DNA of 47,155 bases from Promethearchaeota archaeon (GCA_016840085.1 JAEOTA010000041.1:1-47155); one strand, 5' to 3'. Shown: positions 8,611 to 19,917, counted from the first letter of the stretch. Notes: generated by a model not told the origin, from the sequence alone. Numbers and translations are program-made.

Positions 8611-10584
8611 TTATAATTTTTTTATAAAACCTTTTTTTTCTAATAGGTTAAGAAATTTCTGAACTTCACTTGGATAAAAGAAATGTTGAAATTCGAGTGT
8701 TAGCATAGCGCAAATCATTTTAAGGGTGAGTGAAAGACCTACTAGATTGAAGATTTCATGTAAATCTCCAAACCAGAGATCAGGAGGTTCAGGGACTTTT
8801 ACTTTATTATACTGAATTGATGTTACAATAGGCAGCAAATCAACTAAACTTTTAAGATTTTTCATAAGTAAAGTCCATTTATCTTTTAAAAAACTAGGCT
8901 CTTCAATAGCTTTAATATCAATACCAGCTTGTTTACATAATTTAATCCAAAGAGTTTTTTGATTTTGGAGCCATTGATTTAATTCCTTATGTTTTAGTTT
9001 TACAAATTCCTCTTCAAGAAAGTTTGAGTCATCATATCTCTTTAATGATTCCAAGATATTTTTTTCATAATATATAGCAGCATCTATTAATGCTTCTCCT
9101 AATATTGCAATTTCTCTCTTAGAATTTTTAGTTGTAAAATATATTAAATTATATAGGGTTAGTAAATTCTTTTTAACTTTACCTAACCTATGATAAAAAT
9201 TTTCTTCTAAAATTGGCCATATACTATATAATGATTCCGCATCTAATGTAGTAAAGATATAACTTGTACAAAGAGCAATTCCAATAACTCGTTGCATCTC
9301 TGTTGTATCAACATTTTCAATTGTATCAAGGGAACTGTGCCATAACGGATCTGGGTGCCCGAACATCATGCTAGGAATCCTTATTGCGTTATCTGCAAAT
9401 ACTTGTTGATCACTTCCACCCGAAAAGGGAAGTATACGGTATCTCATCGGCACATTTGTTCCATTTATACTTATTCCTTTTGGATGATCTGCTATTTTTT
9501 CTGTGAAATATCTAAGTATATCATTTAGAATTGAAGCTCTTGAATATGGAGCAAGGGAGACTTCACAAGGTTCTCCAATCTTCATTGGATGCTCTCCGAT
9601 CATATCTAAATTAAGATTAAGTAAAGCATTTTTAACTTTTCCTTCATGTTCCTTAGCCCATGGCCACGTACCATCGAATTCAGGAATCCAAAGAAATCTC
9701 AAAGTACGTTTTGGTGTAGCTAATATATTCTTTTTAATAAGAGTAGTCAAAGACCGCGCAAGTTCTATTAATCCTGCAGAACCACTTGCATTATCATTTG
9801 CTCCTGCTTTTGGATGACAAATATGTGCTGTTAAAATAATTTCTTCTTGGGGTATTTCAGTACCATGAATAGCAGCAGATATAACCTCTAATTCCCCTTT
9901 AAAAAGTTTAGCATCAATTTTAGCATGTATCTTTACAGTACCTTTCTTCAAAAGTTCTTTCAAATACATAGCTTGTTCGTAAGTAATACTAAATCCAAAT
10001 GTTGTTTTTTCTAATATTTCGCTTTTAGCTGGGAATCTACTATATATAGTCATACCACGATATCCTGCAGCTCTTTTTGGGTTTGGATATACAATAATTC
10101 CTATTGCTCCTTTTTTAATATAAAACGGTGGTACCATTAATTTTGGCGCTTCCATTAAGACAATTTTACCATTTACATCTTTTCTTTCATAATCTTTTTC
10201 TTGGATACCTTCTCCTACATCTATTAATTCTGTTGTAACATCACAACTCTTAGAATGTACTAATACACACATAGGTATATCTTTATACTGGCATAGCAAT
10301 TCTTTATTCGGTTCTAATAACCATAATTCTCCTGAATTAATCTCCCATCCAAAAGGAGCCACCCAATCCCAAGATTTAGATTTTCCATCTGCGGGATATT
10401 TATGAACTTTTACTTCATCTAAACCATATTTATTTAGTTCCTCGATTACTTGAACGACAACTTCATGATAATCTTTAGATCCTCTCATTCGATGATATTG
10501 GGAAATTCGTGACACCCAATCCCAAGCATTTTTACCACTTACCTCATTTAATACATCTTCGATCAATTTAGGCAAATCTTTCAT
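8611..10584 (-). CDS. M28 family aminopeptidase-like protein (DUF4910 type, PA domain)
   Basis: AHICHP, GANDNASG, WIPE, NLDMIG, GGSD, WHSSLD. Confidence 0.8.
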   Translation of the reverse strand: MKDLPKLIEDVLNEVSGKNAWDWVSRISQYHRMRGSKDYHEVVVQVIEELNKYGLDEVKVHKYPADGKSKSWDWVAPFGWEINSGELWLLEPNKELLCQYKDIPMCVLVHSKSCDVTTELIDVGEGIQEKDYERKDVNGKIVLMEAPKLMVPPFYIKKGAIGIIVYPNPKRAAGYRGMTIYSRFPAKSEILEKTTFGFSITYEQAMYLKELLKKGTVKIHAKIDAKLFKGELEVISAAIHGTEIPQEEIILTAHICHPKAGANDNASGSAGLIELARSLTTLIKKNILATPKRTLRFLWIPEFDGTWPWAKEHEGKVKNALLNLNLDMIGEHPMKIGEPCEVSLAPYSRASILNDILRYFTEKIADHPKGISINGTNVPMRYRILPFSGGSDQQVFADNAIRIPSMMFGHPDPLWHSSLDTIENVDTTEMQRVIGIALCTSYIFTTLDAESLYSIWPILEENFYHRLGKVKKNLLTLYNLIYFTTKNSKREIAILGEALIDAAIYYEKNILESLKRYDDSNFLEEEFVKLKHKELNQWLQNQKTLWIKLCKQAGIDIKAIEEPSFLKDKWTLLMKNLKSLVDLLPIVTSIQYNKVKVPEPPDLWFGDLHEIFNLVGLSLTLKMICAMLTLEFQHFFYPSEVQKFLNLLEKKGFIKKL

Positions 10585-10597
10585 AATTTCACCAAAC

Positions 10598-11977
10598 TTA
10601 TACCATTTTCTTAGGGTCTAATAACTCATCTAAATTATCTATTTTTAAACCTATTTCTTTAATAACTTCTCTAATTGTTTTTCCTTCTTTAAAGGCTTTT
10701 TGAGCAATTTCAGAAGATTTATCATATCCAAGTATAGGAGTTAATCTTGTTACTACCATAAGTATTTGTTCTAATTGGAACTTAATTCGTTCTTTATCGA
10801 CTTTTAAGTCTTTTAAACAATGATTATTAAATGAATTAATTCCTCCATTTAAGATTTCAATTGATTCAAGTAAATTTGATATCATAACAGGTTTACACAC
10901 ATTTAAATCTAAAATACTACCATAAGCTTCTCCAAATGAAATAACGGAATCATTTCCAATTACTTGAAGACAAACCTGTATTAATGCTTCAGATTGAGTT
11001 GGATTTACTTTACCCGGCATTATGGAGGATCCTGACTCATTTTGTGGCAAAATTAATTCTGATAATCCAGCTCGAGGACCACTTCCCATCAACCGAATAT
11101 CATTAGCCATTTTTAAGATAGATAAAGATAATAACCGTAGTGAGGCACTAACATTAACTATTGTATTGTGTGATGCAATTCCTTCAGCTTTTACTGGATT
11201 AAGTTTAAGAGGTAAGTTTGTAAATTTAGATAGATAATAAATTGTAAATTTTGCAAAATCTTTAGGAGTATTTAATCCTGTTCCTAATGCTGTACCACCA
11301 ATAGGAATATAATAAAGTTCATTACAAGCACATCGTAATCTTTCTATACTAGTTTCCATTTGCTTCTTGTAAACTTCAAATTCTAATGATAATGGTATAG
11401 GAACAGCATCTTGTAAATGGGTTCTGCCTACTTTAACTATATCTTTAAACTCGGTGATTTTATTGTCTAATTGCTTTATCAATTTTTCTAAAGTAAGTAA
11501 CAATTTTTGAATCATATGTAAAGCAGATATATGCATAGCACTAGGAATAACGTCATTTGAGGATTGTCCTTTATTTATATGATCGTTAGGATGGATTGGA
11601 TGTTTTTTACCCACAGGAAAACTTAATATTTCATTAGCTCGATTAGCTAAAACTTCATTCATGTTCATGTTAGTTTGAGTTCCTGAACCTGTTTGAAAAA
11701 TATCTATTGGAAATTGATCAAGATATCTGTTATCCTCTAAGATTTCGTTAACTGCCTGAAGAATTGCGTTTCCTTTTTCTTTATCAATCAAATCTAATTC
11801 TAAATTTGCTAATAAAGATGCTTTTTTTACTTGGGCTAATGAGATAATAAATATTTTGGGAAACTTCTTTCCACTTATTTGAAAATTCTCTATTGCTCTC
11901 TGAGTATTAATACCCCAATAAGCATTACTCGGGACTTTCACCTCCCCTAAGACATCTTTTTCAATACGAAAACTCAA
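10598..11977 (-). CDS. fumC: Class II fumarate hydratase
   Basis: FQTGSGTQTNMN, QSSND, GRTHLQDA, GSSIMPGKVNP signature; TTG start. Confidence 0.92.
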   Translation of the reverse strand: MSFRIEKDVLGEVKVPSNAYWGINTQRAIENFQISGKKFPKIFIISLAQVKKASLLANLELDLIDKEKGNAILQAVNEILEDNRYLDQFPIDIFQTGSGTQTNMNMNEVLANRANEILSFPVGKKHPIHPNDHINKGQSSNDVIPSAMHISALHMIQKLLLTLEKLIKQLDNKITEFKDIVKVGRTHLQDAVPIPLSLEFEVYKKQMETSIERLRCACNELYYIPIGGTALGTGLNTPKDFAKFTIYYLSKFTNLPLKLNPVKAEGIASHNTIVNVSASLRLLSLSILKMANDIRLMGSGPRAGLSELILPQNESGSSIMPGKVNPTQSEALIQVCLQVIGNDSVISFGEAYGSILDLNVCKPVMISNLLESIEILNGGINSFNNHCLKDLKVDKERIKFQLEQILMVVTRLTPILGYDKSSEIAQKAFKEGKTIREVIKEIGLKIDNLDELLDPKKMV

Positions 11978-12100
11978 ATTTAATCATTTTATAAACTAAT
12001 ATTCAATAATGTAATTAGACAAAAAACAATAAAAAAAGTTTATATTAATATTGAATAAAATCGAAAGGAATTTTCTCTTAAATTATAAAAGATATATAAT

Positions 12101-13012
12101 TTAAATAAAATCCCTTATTAATGCGTTTATCTTATCTGGTTGCTCATTAATAACCCAATGTGAACCATTAGAAATACGCTTAATTGTCAAGTTTGGAATA
12201 TAATCATCAAGACCTTCAAGATTGTGAACAGTTAAAGCTGTATCTTTTTCTGCCCAAATCACAAGAGTTGGAACATTAATTATTGTTTCCTTTACAAATG
12301 TTTCTTCACTCATCAATTGGTTTATTTTTTCTCCTTGAGCAGGAGGTGCCATGCTTGCTGCTCGATAATAGTTTAAACCACCTGTCAATGCTTCAGGTTG
12401 AGACCAGGCATTAATGTACATTGTAGCATCATCATCCGTAAATACCATATTTTTAGTTTTAATTATATTGAGTAAGTTAGAGTAATTATTAGCTGACAAC
12501 GTCTCCTCTGCTCGATTAGATCTGAAAATTAATACATATTGACTTGATTTTTGCTGGTCTTTATTCTTCGCTAATAACTTGGCAAATACATTTGGATGTG
12601 GAGCATTTATAATAATTAACTTTTCAACTAAATTTGGATGCCTATTAGCAAATGGATAAGCGACGACTCCACCCCAGTCGTGTCCAACTAATATAAAACT
12701 TTTACGACCAAAATGATCTTCAACCAATGCCCTAAGATCTTCAACCATATAATGGGTTTGATATTGTTCAATTTCCTTTGGTTTTGATGAGAGATTATAC
12801 CCTCTCATATCTGGCGCAACAGCTAAATAATCTTTTGAAAAGTCTAAGAGTTGGTCTCTCCACATGTACCAAAATTGGGGGAAACCATGCAAAAAAATAA
12901 TTAAATCTCCTTCTTCTGGACCTGCTTTAACATAATGAAGTTTTATATTATTAACATTAACAAATTCACTCTTAAATTGAGGAAACCTTTTATTTACAAT
13001 TTTTTCAGACAT
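12101..13012 (-). CDS. Alpha/beta hydrolase, epoxide hydrolase family
   Basis: HGFPQ, DMRGYN, GHDWGG (Asp nucleophile), NYYRA, SHW. Confidence 0.85.
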   Translation of the reverse strand: MSEKIVNKRFPQFKSEFVNVNNIKLHYVKAGPEEGDLIIFLHGFPQFWYMWRDQLLDFSKDYLAVAPDMRGYNLSSKPKEIEQYQTHYMVEDLRALVEDHFGRKSFILVGHDWGGVVAYPFANRHPNLVEKLIIINAPHPNVFAKLLAKNKDQQKSSQYVLIFRSNRAEETLSANNYSNLLNIIKTKNMVFTDDDATMYINAWSQPEALTGGLNYYRAASMAPPAQGEKINQLMSEETFVKETIINVPTLVIWAEKDTALTVHNLEGLDDYIPNLTIKRISNGSHWVINEQPDKINALIRDFI

Positions 13013-13174
13013 AATTAGTTCAGTTATCTTATTAAATTTAAAATGAAATAATCTTGATGGTAATAAAAACTTATAGTTTATAGATTTGAATAAGATTCAG
13101 TTAAGAAAAAAACGTAAAGAAATGATTATTGTTATTTTAAAATCCTTAATATTATAAAAGATAATTGTTAAGTT

Positions 13175-14155
13175 CTAAATTACATTTTTCTGAATGAATT
13201 TACTAATATTTTTAAGAGCATTTTTACTATCGGATAAATCATCCCCGAAATTATGAAAAACATGAGTCATTCCTTTCCATATTTCTAAATCCACGCTAAC
13301 TCCTGCAGATTTCGCGTTATTTGCTAATGAAATAGAATCATCTAAAAGTATTTCAATACTTCCTGCTTGAATAAGAAGAGGAGGTAAACCTTTTAAATCA
13401 GCAAAAACTGGAGATGCGAAAGGATTTGTCGACTTTTCTTTATTTAAATATGCATTTGCCATTATTTTAACGAGAATAGGACCAAATGGAGAGAATTTAG
13501 CATTAGTTTTCAATGATTCTCCTTTACATGTCAAATCTACCCAGGGTGACAATAATACTGCGGCAGTTGGTAATTGAAGCCCTAAATCTCTTAATCTCAA
13601 CATTGTTGCTATAGCCAATCCTCCTCCTGCTGATGATCCTGCTATAATTATGTTATTTGAGTTAATTCTTGTAGATAATAACCATTTATAAGCATTAACT
13701 GAATCTTCTAATGCTGCAGGAAATGGATGCTCAGGAGCAAGACGATAACCAATATTTAAACAACGTAATTTCGTTGCTCTTCCTAAAAGATACGGAATAA
13801 ATCGTCTCGTTTCAAGAGACCCCCACATATAACCACCACTAAATAGATAAAAAATAATTTGCTTATTTTTTGATTTGGGCGTTATAATCCATTCTGCTGG
13901 TACTCCATTTGCATCAATTTTTTCAAATATCACGTCGCTTGGAATAGATTTGTTTTTCTCGAAGGAAGTATATCTATCTATATACCTATTAAGCTCATTA
14001 ATTAATTTTAAATCACCTTTCAGCTCAATCGCATCATCTATATTAATTCCTTTTTTCAATGCGAATTCTTTAGCTGCCTTTTCACCTAATAGATTATTTT
14101 TTTCTATTAATTTTGCAAGATCTGGGCGAATTTTTGATATTTCTTCTACTGCCAT
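13175..14155 (-). CDS. HSL-family esterase/lactonase
   Basis: YRLAPEHPFPAALED, GSSAGG nucleophile elbow, SPWVDL, MTHVF; oxyanion HGGG appears as FSGG. Confidence 0.85.
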   Translation of the reverse strand: MAVEEISKIRPDLAKLIEKNNLLGEKAAKEFALKKGINIDDAIELKGDLKLINELNRYIDRYTSFEKNKSIPSDVIFEKIDANGVPAEWIITPKSKNKQIIFYLFSGGYMWGSLETRRFIPYLLGRATKLRCLNIGYRLAPEHPFPAALEDSVNAYKWLLSTRINSNNIIIAGSSAGGGLAIATMLRLRDLGLQLPTAAVLLSPWVDLTCKGESLKTNAKFSPFGPILVKIMANAYLNKEKSTNPFASPVFADLKGLPPLLIQAGSIEILLDDSISLANNAKSAGVSVDLEIWKGMTHVFHNFGDDLSDSKNALKNISKFIQKNVI

Positions 14156-14406
14156 CTTTTTCTACCTAATACTTTTTTATAATAATTAAATCAATATTTA
14201 GTAGCTATTATGCTAATGATAGGTTGTTTATTTTTTTTTAAGAAATCATTAATTTATATACCATTATAGTTTCTAAAAAGGTGTCATTTTAAAGCCATTT
14301 TTATAGCATATAAATATTTTTGAGATAGTTTATCAACCAATTTTTTATAAATTACGCTTAATTTACTTAAAAAAGGTATAAATTATTCAGTATAAATAAG
14401 AGTTCT

Positions 14407-15225
14407 ATGTCTGTTATTGGTATTGATAAAGAAAAATGTTCAAATTGTAAGCAATGTATCCCTGAATGCGGTCGTGGCTATTTTTATGTAAACGAAAACG
14501 GAGAAGTTGTTTTCAATGAAAGTTTAAACACCTGTAATATATGTGGACATTGCATAGCAATTTGTCCTGAGGATGCTATTATAACAAAAAATCTAAATGA
14601 TGTAGAGACTTTTCCAGGTATAGATTCACCAGAAACAATTGTAGACTACGACAAAATTTATAAACTCATTCGCGCAAAACGATCAATTCGACGCTATAAA
14701 GCTAAAAAGGTTCCACAAGAATTAATAGAAAAAGTCTTTAAGGCTATGAGATATGCTCCAAGTGCTTCTAATGCCCGAAAGTGGCGATACTTAATTTTAT
14801 CTAATCCTGAAAAAATTGAAGCATTGAGCGATGAAATTGTAAAAACTAATTATGCATATATGGGATTTCAATCAGGAGAACAAGCACTCAAATATTTCAA
14901 ATCTATAGGAAGGAGTATTTTTTATAAAGCACCCCACGTAATTATTTTATACTATAGAACCGTCGAAAAAAATGCTACAATGATAGGATTTCGAGCTAAT
15001 GATGCTGGAATTGCTTTAACTTATGGCATGCTCGCTGCTGAAAGTCTTGGTCTTGGAACTTGTTGGATTGGAATGGTTCAAGGAGCTGTTCCCATGAATC
15101 GGGAAATTTTAGATATTTTAGATATAAAAGGAATGGTATTAGGGGCTTTCACATTGGGGTATCCTGCAGTTAAATACCGTAGGACAGTCCCGCGTCCGCC
15201 ACTTAAAATAAAGGGATTAGATTAA
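14407..15225 (+). CDS. Nitroreductase with N-terminal 2x[4Fe-4S] domain
   Basis: CSNCKQCIPEC and CNICGHCIAICP; KRSIRRY, APSASN, GLGTCWIG. Confidence 0.88.
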   Translation: MSVIGIDKEKCSNCKQCIPECGRGYFYVNENGEVVFNESLNTCNICGHCIAICPEDAIITKNLNDVETFPGIDSPETIVDYDKIYKLIRAKRSIRRYKAKKVPQELIEKVFKAMRYAPSASNARKWRYLILSNPEKIEALSDEIVKTNYAYMGFQSGEQALKYFKSIGRSIFYKAPHVIILYYRTVEKNATMIGFRANDAGIALTYGMLAAESLGLGTCWIGMVQGAVPMNREILDILDIKGMVLGAFTLGYPAVKYRRTVPRPPLKIKGLD

Positions 15226-15350
15226 GATTAACCCTTCTATTTCCCTAAAAATTAATTTATAAAATATAATTTATTTAACAGTGCCATAAAAATTTATTTG
15301 TACTGTTCCTTAATTTCATTAGAGTTAGTTTTATATGTGGTAAAAATATT

Positions 15351-15746
15351 ATGTTTGATACTGAAGAGTATAATAGGTGGATGAATGAAGCGAACAATAC
15401 ATTTAAATCAGCAGTTATAGACAAGGAAAATGGGTTTTATAACTGGTGTTGTTTTAAATGTCACCAAGCTGCTGAATTCGCAATAAAAGCATTGTTATAT
15501 GGTCTAGGGTCAACCCCATTTGGTCATTCTTTAACTAAAATGGTTAATGATCTAAAAAATCAAAAAATGAATGTGTCTTTTATATTAACTAGCTGTAAAA
15601 AGCTCGATTTACATTATATTCCTTCTCGGTATCCAAATGCTCACCCTACTGGTTCACCTTTTGAATATCACGATGAAAATATCGCCGAAGATGCTTTAGA
15701 GAATGCAAAAAAAATATTAGATTTTGTTGAGGAGAATAAAAAATGA
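15351..15746 (+). CDS. HEPN domain protein
   Basis: HQAAEFAIKA, GHSL, HYIPSRYP; ATGA overlap with the downstream nucleotidyltransferase. Confidence 0.88.
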   Translation: MFDTEEYNRWMNEANNTFKSAVIDKENGFYNWCCFKCHQAAEFAIKALLYGLGSTPFGHSLTKMVNDLKNQKMNVSFILTSCKKLDLHYIPSRYPNAHPTGSPFEYHDENIAEDALENAKKILDFVEENKK

Positions 15747-16168
15747 CGAAATATTTAAGAAGGATCAATAATGGGATTAAAAAGTTTTGTAAAAAAGTTA
15801 TTAGAGAATTACACCCAGAATGCATCATATTGTATGGATCTTTCTCAAGAGGAGATTTTAATGAACGAAGTGATGTTGATATAATAGTTATATCCTCAAA
15901 ATTGCCTAAAACATATCAAAAAAGAGCAGAAAAGCTTTTCAGCATGGTTGAGACACTAGATCCAATTGAACCTTTTGGATTTACTCCTAATGAATTTATT
16001 AGTATGATAAAGAAAAGACATTGTACAAGTTTATTTGCTATGGAAGAGGGAAAAGCTATATACGGTAATGAATATTTTTTGTTTCTAAAAAAGATTCATA
16101 AAGAAGTTTTAAAGAAATATAAAATAATAAAAGGAAATTCAGCTTGGATTCCTCAGTTACTTGAATAG
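15743..16168 (+). CDS. Minimal nucleotidyltransferase (MNT), partner of HEPN
   Basis: LYGSFSRGD...SDVDI (GS-x10-DxD) motif. Confidence 0.88.
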   Translation: MTKYLRRINNGIKKFCKKVIRELHPECIILYGSFSRGDFNERSDVDIIVISSKLPKTYQKRAEKLFSMVETLDPIEPFGFTPNEFISMIKKRHCTSLFAMEEGKAIYGNEYFLFLKKIHKEVLKKYKIIKGNSAWIPQLLE

Positions 16169-16190
16169 AACGGAAGGTAGTACGAAAATT

Positions 16191-17624
16191 TTATAATCCC
16201 ATTTCATGCAATTTTTGCATAATTTCTTGTTTTTTCTTTCCTTTCAAGTCAAACCATTTATAAAAAATTATAGCACCAGTTATACAAAATAAAAAGGGAA
16301 AAAAGCCCTGGATTAAGCGGAGACCAAATAACGCTTTACTACTTGGATTAATAGGTTCATAAACTGTAATGATGTGTATAATTGCTATAATTAAGCTTTG
16401 AATTGTTACTGAAATTTTAAGAAAAAAATTTCTAATTCCTAGTAATGTAGCCTGTTGGTGTTTTTGAGTTTTTACAGCAATCTCATCATAGCAATCAGCG
16501 AAAATGGGTGAAAGCATAATTAAAAACATTGCAATCGCAGCACCTCTAAAAATTGCGGTGAGATAGAATTGGAATACATTTACAATAAATAAATTAAATA
16601 ATACAATAAACCCAAAAATGATTAATCCAAGTGAATACATGGTTGAATTTTCAATTTTTTTTGTCACATAAAACCATATCGGCATTGTTAATAAAGAAGA
16701 AATGAGCATTAAGAATGACTCTATGGTTCTAATCTCCTGTTTTGCATGTAAAACATCATCAACGAAATTAAATGAATTCATACTCACTAACCCCATTGCT
16801 ATCATAAATAAAATGTATGTAAACAATACTAACATGAAATTTCTTTGTTTTATGGCAATTTTCAATGTTTTGAAAAATGGTATTTTTTCTGCATTCTCAT
16901 AACCTACAATGAATCGTTCTTTTATTTCATCAGATTCTCTTGATCCAGGAATAAAAATAATTAAAGAAATACTTAAAAGTACTACACTTACCAATGCCGC
17001 AATTGTAAATGATCTAATATTTTCAGTATCAATAATTTGCGACCAGATAGCAATTGCTGAAAAATTTGCTATAAAAGTAAAGATTTGAGTTGAAAATCCT
17101 GCTTTCACACGCTCCTTATCACCTTTAAAGTGGGCAGCAAAAGCCCCAAAAGAATGTGTTTGAAGGAGTGCATAAAATGTGTCAAATAAACACACTATCA
17201 ATATATAATAAACTAAAATTGGGATTACACTTTCCACTCCTGTTACTTTTGGTGGCGTGAAAAGCAGGAAAAAAAATATTATAGTTGGAATTCCCCCAAT
17301 GATGATCCAAGGAGTGTGAAAACCCCTTTTCTTTGTCCATCTAAAGGGTTTATCTGTAAAATATCCTAAAAGAGGATTAGATACCATACTCCATATTGTA
17401 TATATCACATTCGCGATTGCCATGTATATTGGCCATAGAGATACGATCCCTATCAAGCCAAGTTCTACCTCATAAAAAGTCCATACATAAGAATTGAAAG
17501 CTACCATAACAAAGATATTGAGAAAATATCCCATAGAAAATGTAACCATTTTCGTTGTAGAAGTATATTGTAAATTATCTGATTTTTGGGTTTCAATGGA
17601 TTGATTCATTTTAATATTCAACAA
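16191..17624 (-). CDS. MFS transporter, GPH/MelB family
   Basis: About 12 hydrophobic segments; NPLLGYFTDK, ADCYDE motifs. Confidence 0.85.
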   Translation of the reverse strand: MLNIKMNQSIETQKSDNLQYTSTTKMVTFSMGYFLNIFVMVAFNSYVWTFYEVELGLIGIVSLWPIYMAIANVIYTIWSMVSNPLLGYFTDKPFRWTKKRGFHTPWIIIGGIPTIIFFFLLFTPPKVTGVESVIPILVYYILIVCLFDTFYALLQTHSFGAFAAHFKGDKERVKAGFSTQIFTFIANFSAIAIWSQIIDTENIRSFTIAALVSVVLLSISLIIFIPGSRESDEIKERFIVGYENAEKIPFFKTLKIAIKQRNFMLVLFTYILFMIAMGLVSMNSFNFVDDVLHAKQEIRTIESFLMLISSLLTMPIWFYVTKKIENSTMYSLGLIIFGFIVLFNLFIVNVFQFYLTAIFRGAAIAMFLIMLSPIFADCYDEIAVKTQKHQQATLLGIRNFFLKISVTIQSLIIAIIHIITVYEPINPSSKALFGLRLIQGFFPFLFCITGAIIFYKWFDLKGKKKQEIMQKLHEMGL

Positions 17625-17824
17625 AATTTACTTGTAATTATTTATTTCACCTTATCATATATTAAAGTATTATAAAAAACAACAGTAAAGAAGCAGAACC
17701 TAACTAAATTCCATTATTTATTTTATAGATTATTAGAAAAAGTTTTATTATTAAATGAATGAATTTCATATTAATTTGAAAGTTGATTGCTTCTACTGAG
17801 CAAACAAAGAAAGAGGGAAATAAT

Positions 17825-18949
17825 ATTCGATTACTTGAATATGAAAGCAAAAGAATTTTCAGTAAATTTGGGATTCCTTTAGCAAACAATATAATTATTG
17901 AAAAGGGAGAAAATATAGAAGAAAAAATAAAGCAATTCACATTTCCTGCAATTGTTAAGTCTCAAATCGCTATTGGAAGTCGAAAGAAAGCTGGATTGAT
18001 AAAAATAGCTAATTCTAAGGAGGAAGCAAAATCTCTCTGTAATGAATTTTTTAATAAAGAAGTTGCTGGTTACCAAGTAGAGGCTATTCTTATAGAAGTA
18101 TTAGCTCAAATTGACCATGAATATTATTGCTCAATCGCCTTAGATGCATCAAGGAGACAATTTTTTATTATTGCAAGTAAAAAAGGTGGAATTGACATTG
18201 AAGAGATATCTAAAACCAATCCTGAAGCAATAATAAAGGAAAGTTTTACTTTAAGTGGAGGCTTATCAGAAGATCTCGCTAAAAAAGTTTCAAAACAGTT
18301 AGGCTTTACAGGAGAGCTCTTGGATTCTACAATAAATTTATTTAAAAAATTATGGGAAATTACTAAAAGCGTTGAAGCACAGCTTGTAGAGATAAATCCG
18401 TTAGTTCTTACTCCTTCTGGATTAGTAGCAGTTGATGGTAAAATGATATTAGATGATGATACTGCATTTCGACAACCAATCGTTCAAGAGTTACAAAACA
18501 AAAAACTTACATCATTAGAAAAATTAGCGAAAGAAGCTGGTTTTTCATTTGTAGAACTCTCTGGTGATATTGGTATTTTAGCAAATTGAGCTGGATTAAC
18601 AATGGCATTATTGGATGTTTTATCAGAATTAGGATTAAAACCTGCAAATTTTTTAGATGTAGGCGGTGGAGCAAGTAAAGAACGGGTATATAGCGCTTTA
18701 GAATTGTTATTTAAAATGAACCCTAAAGCAGTATTAGTAAATATTTATGGTGGCATTACTCGATGTGATGTAGTTGCAGAAGCCATAATTCAAGCATTAG
18801 AGGATTTTAAAGATAATCCTCCTATGGTAATAAGATTAACTGGCACAAATGATAAAGAAGGAATCGCCCTTCTTAATGATGCAGGAATTACTGCTTTTCA
18901 AAATGTAATAGATGCTATACAAAAAGTAAAAGAGGTTATAGGGGGATAA
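17825..18949 (+). pseudogene. sucC: Succinyl-CoA synthetase beta-like subunit interrupted by an in-frame TGA (18587-18589)
   Basis: The two ORFs are in one frame: GILAN*AGLTMA versus conserved NGAGL; also GGIDIEE, EINPL, PANFLDVGGGA, GGITRCD, RLTGTN. The expected Met position is ATT (17825); an upstream TTG lies at 17783. Confidence 0.8.
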
Positions 18950-18950
18950 A

Positions 18951-19811
18951 ATGTACATCAATGAAAACTCCAAAGTAGTCGTTCAAGGAATTACTGGAAA
19001 TCAAGGCAAATTCCATACTCGGTTAATGCTAGATTATGGTACTAGCGTTGTAGCTGGAGTCACACCTAATAAAAGAGGTCAAGTTGTTCTTGAGATTCCC
19101 GTTTTTAATACTGTAAATGAAGCCGTTAAAGAAACAGATTGTAATACTAGTATTATTTTTGTACCAGCACGATTTACTTTTAATGCGGTTAAGGAAAGCC
19201 TAATCGCTGGAATTAAAATGACATGTATTATAACTGAAAATGTTCCTGTGTTTGACATGATTCAATTGGTTGAAATGGCTAAAAAGCGATATTTACATTT
19301 AGTAGGTCCCAATTGTCCAGGTATGTTGATACCAGATAAAATCAAATTGGGAATAATGCCAAGTGATATGTGCCATTATGGAAAAGCAGTGGTTATATCA
19401 AAAAGTGGTACATTATCCTATGAAATCACAAAAGCAATTGGTAATGCGGGGATTGGTGTATCTGCCTATCTTGGAATTGGGGGAGATCCTGTACGTGGTA
19501 CAACAATGATAGAGGCAGTTGAATATTATTCAAATGATCCTAATAGCAAACTTATTGTTCTTATTGGCGAAATTGGTAGCAATGAAGAAGAAAAAACTGC
19601 TGATTTTATAAAACATCATGTTGATAAACCAGTTGTGGCATATATAGCCGGAAGAAGTACCCCAAAAGGTAAACGAATGGGTCATGCTGGTACAATTATC
19701 TCTGGTTATTTTGGTACTGCACAAGGTAAAATTAGAGCTCTCACAGGAGCAGGAGCTTTAATTGCTGATACTCCTTGGGATGTACCAAAATTGATTAAAG
19801 AAGTACTTTAA
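18951..19811 (+). CDS. sucD: Succinyl-CoA synthetase alpha subunit
   Basis: VQGITG, GPNCPG, SKSGTLSYE, GIGGD, IGEIG, RMGHAG phospho-His. Confidence 0.9.
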   Translation: MYINENSKVVVQGITGNQGKFHTRLMLDYGTSVVAGVTPNKRGQVVLEIPVFNTVNEAVKETDCNTSIIFVPARFTFNAVKESLIAGIKMTCIITENVPVFDMIQLVEMAKKRYLHLVGPNCPGMLIPDKIKLGIMPSDMCHYGKAVVISKSGTLSYEITKAIGNAGIGVSAYLGIGGDPVRGTTMIEAVEYYSNDPNSKLIVLIGEIGSNEEEKTADFIKHHVDKPVVAYIAGRSTPKGKRMGHAGTIISGYFGTAQGKIRALTGAGALIADTPWDVPKLIKEVL

Positions 19812-19917
19812 AAATTAAAAAGAAGTTTCTACTCGATACGTTTAGATAAGATAAAAATTTTGCAAATATTAAAAATTTTAAAATTAAAATTTTGGTAAAA
19901 CATATATGTGATTAATA

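Noticed and set aside
15351-16168. HEPN-MNT pair as a novel defence system
   Set aside because: A common archaeal module with ordinary motifs and no accessory genes
18587-18589. UGA in sucC as selenocysteine
   Set aside because: It aligns to an invariant Gly rather than Cys, and I could not identify a SECIS nearby
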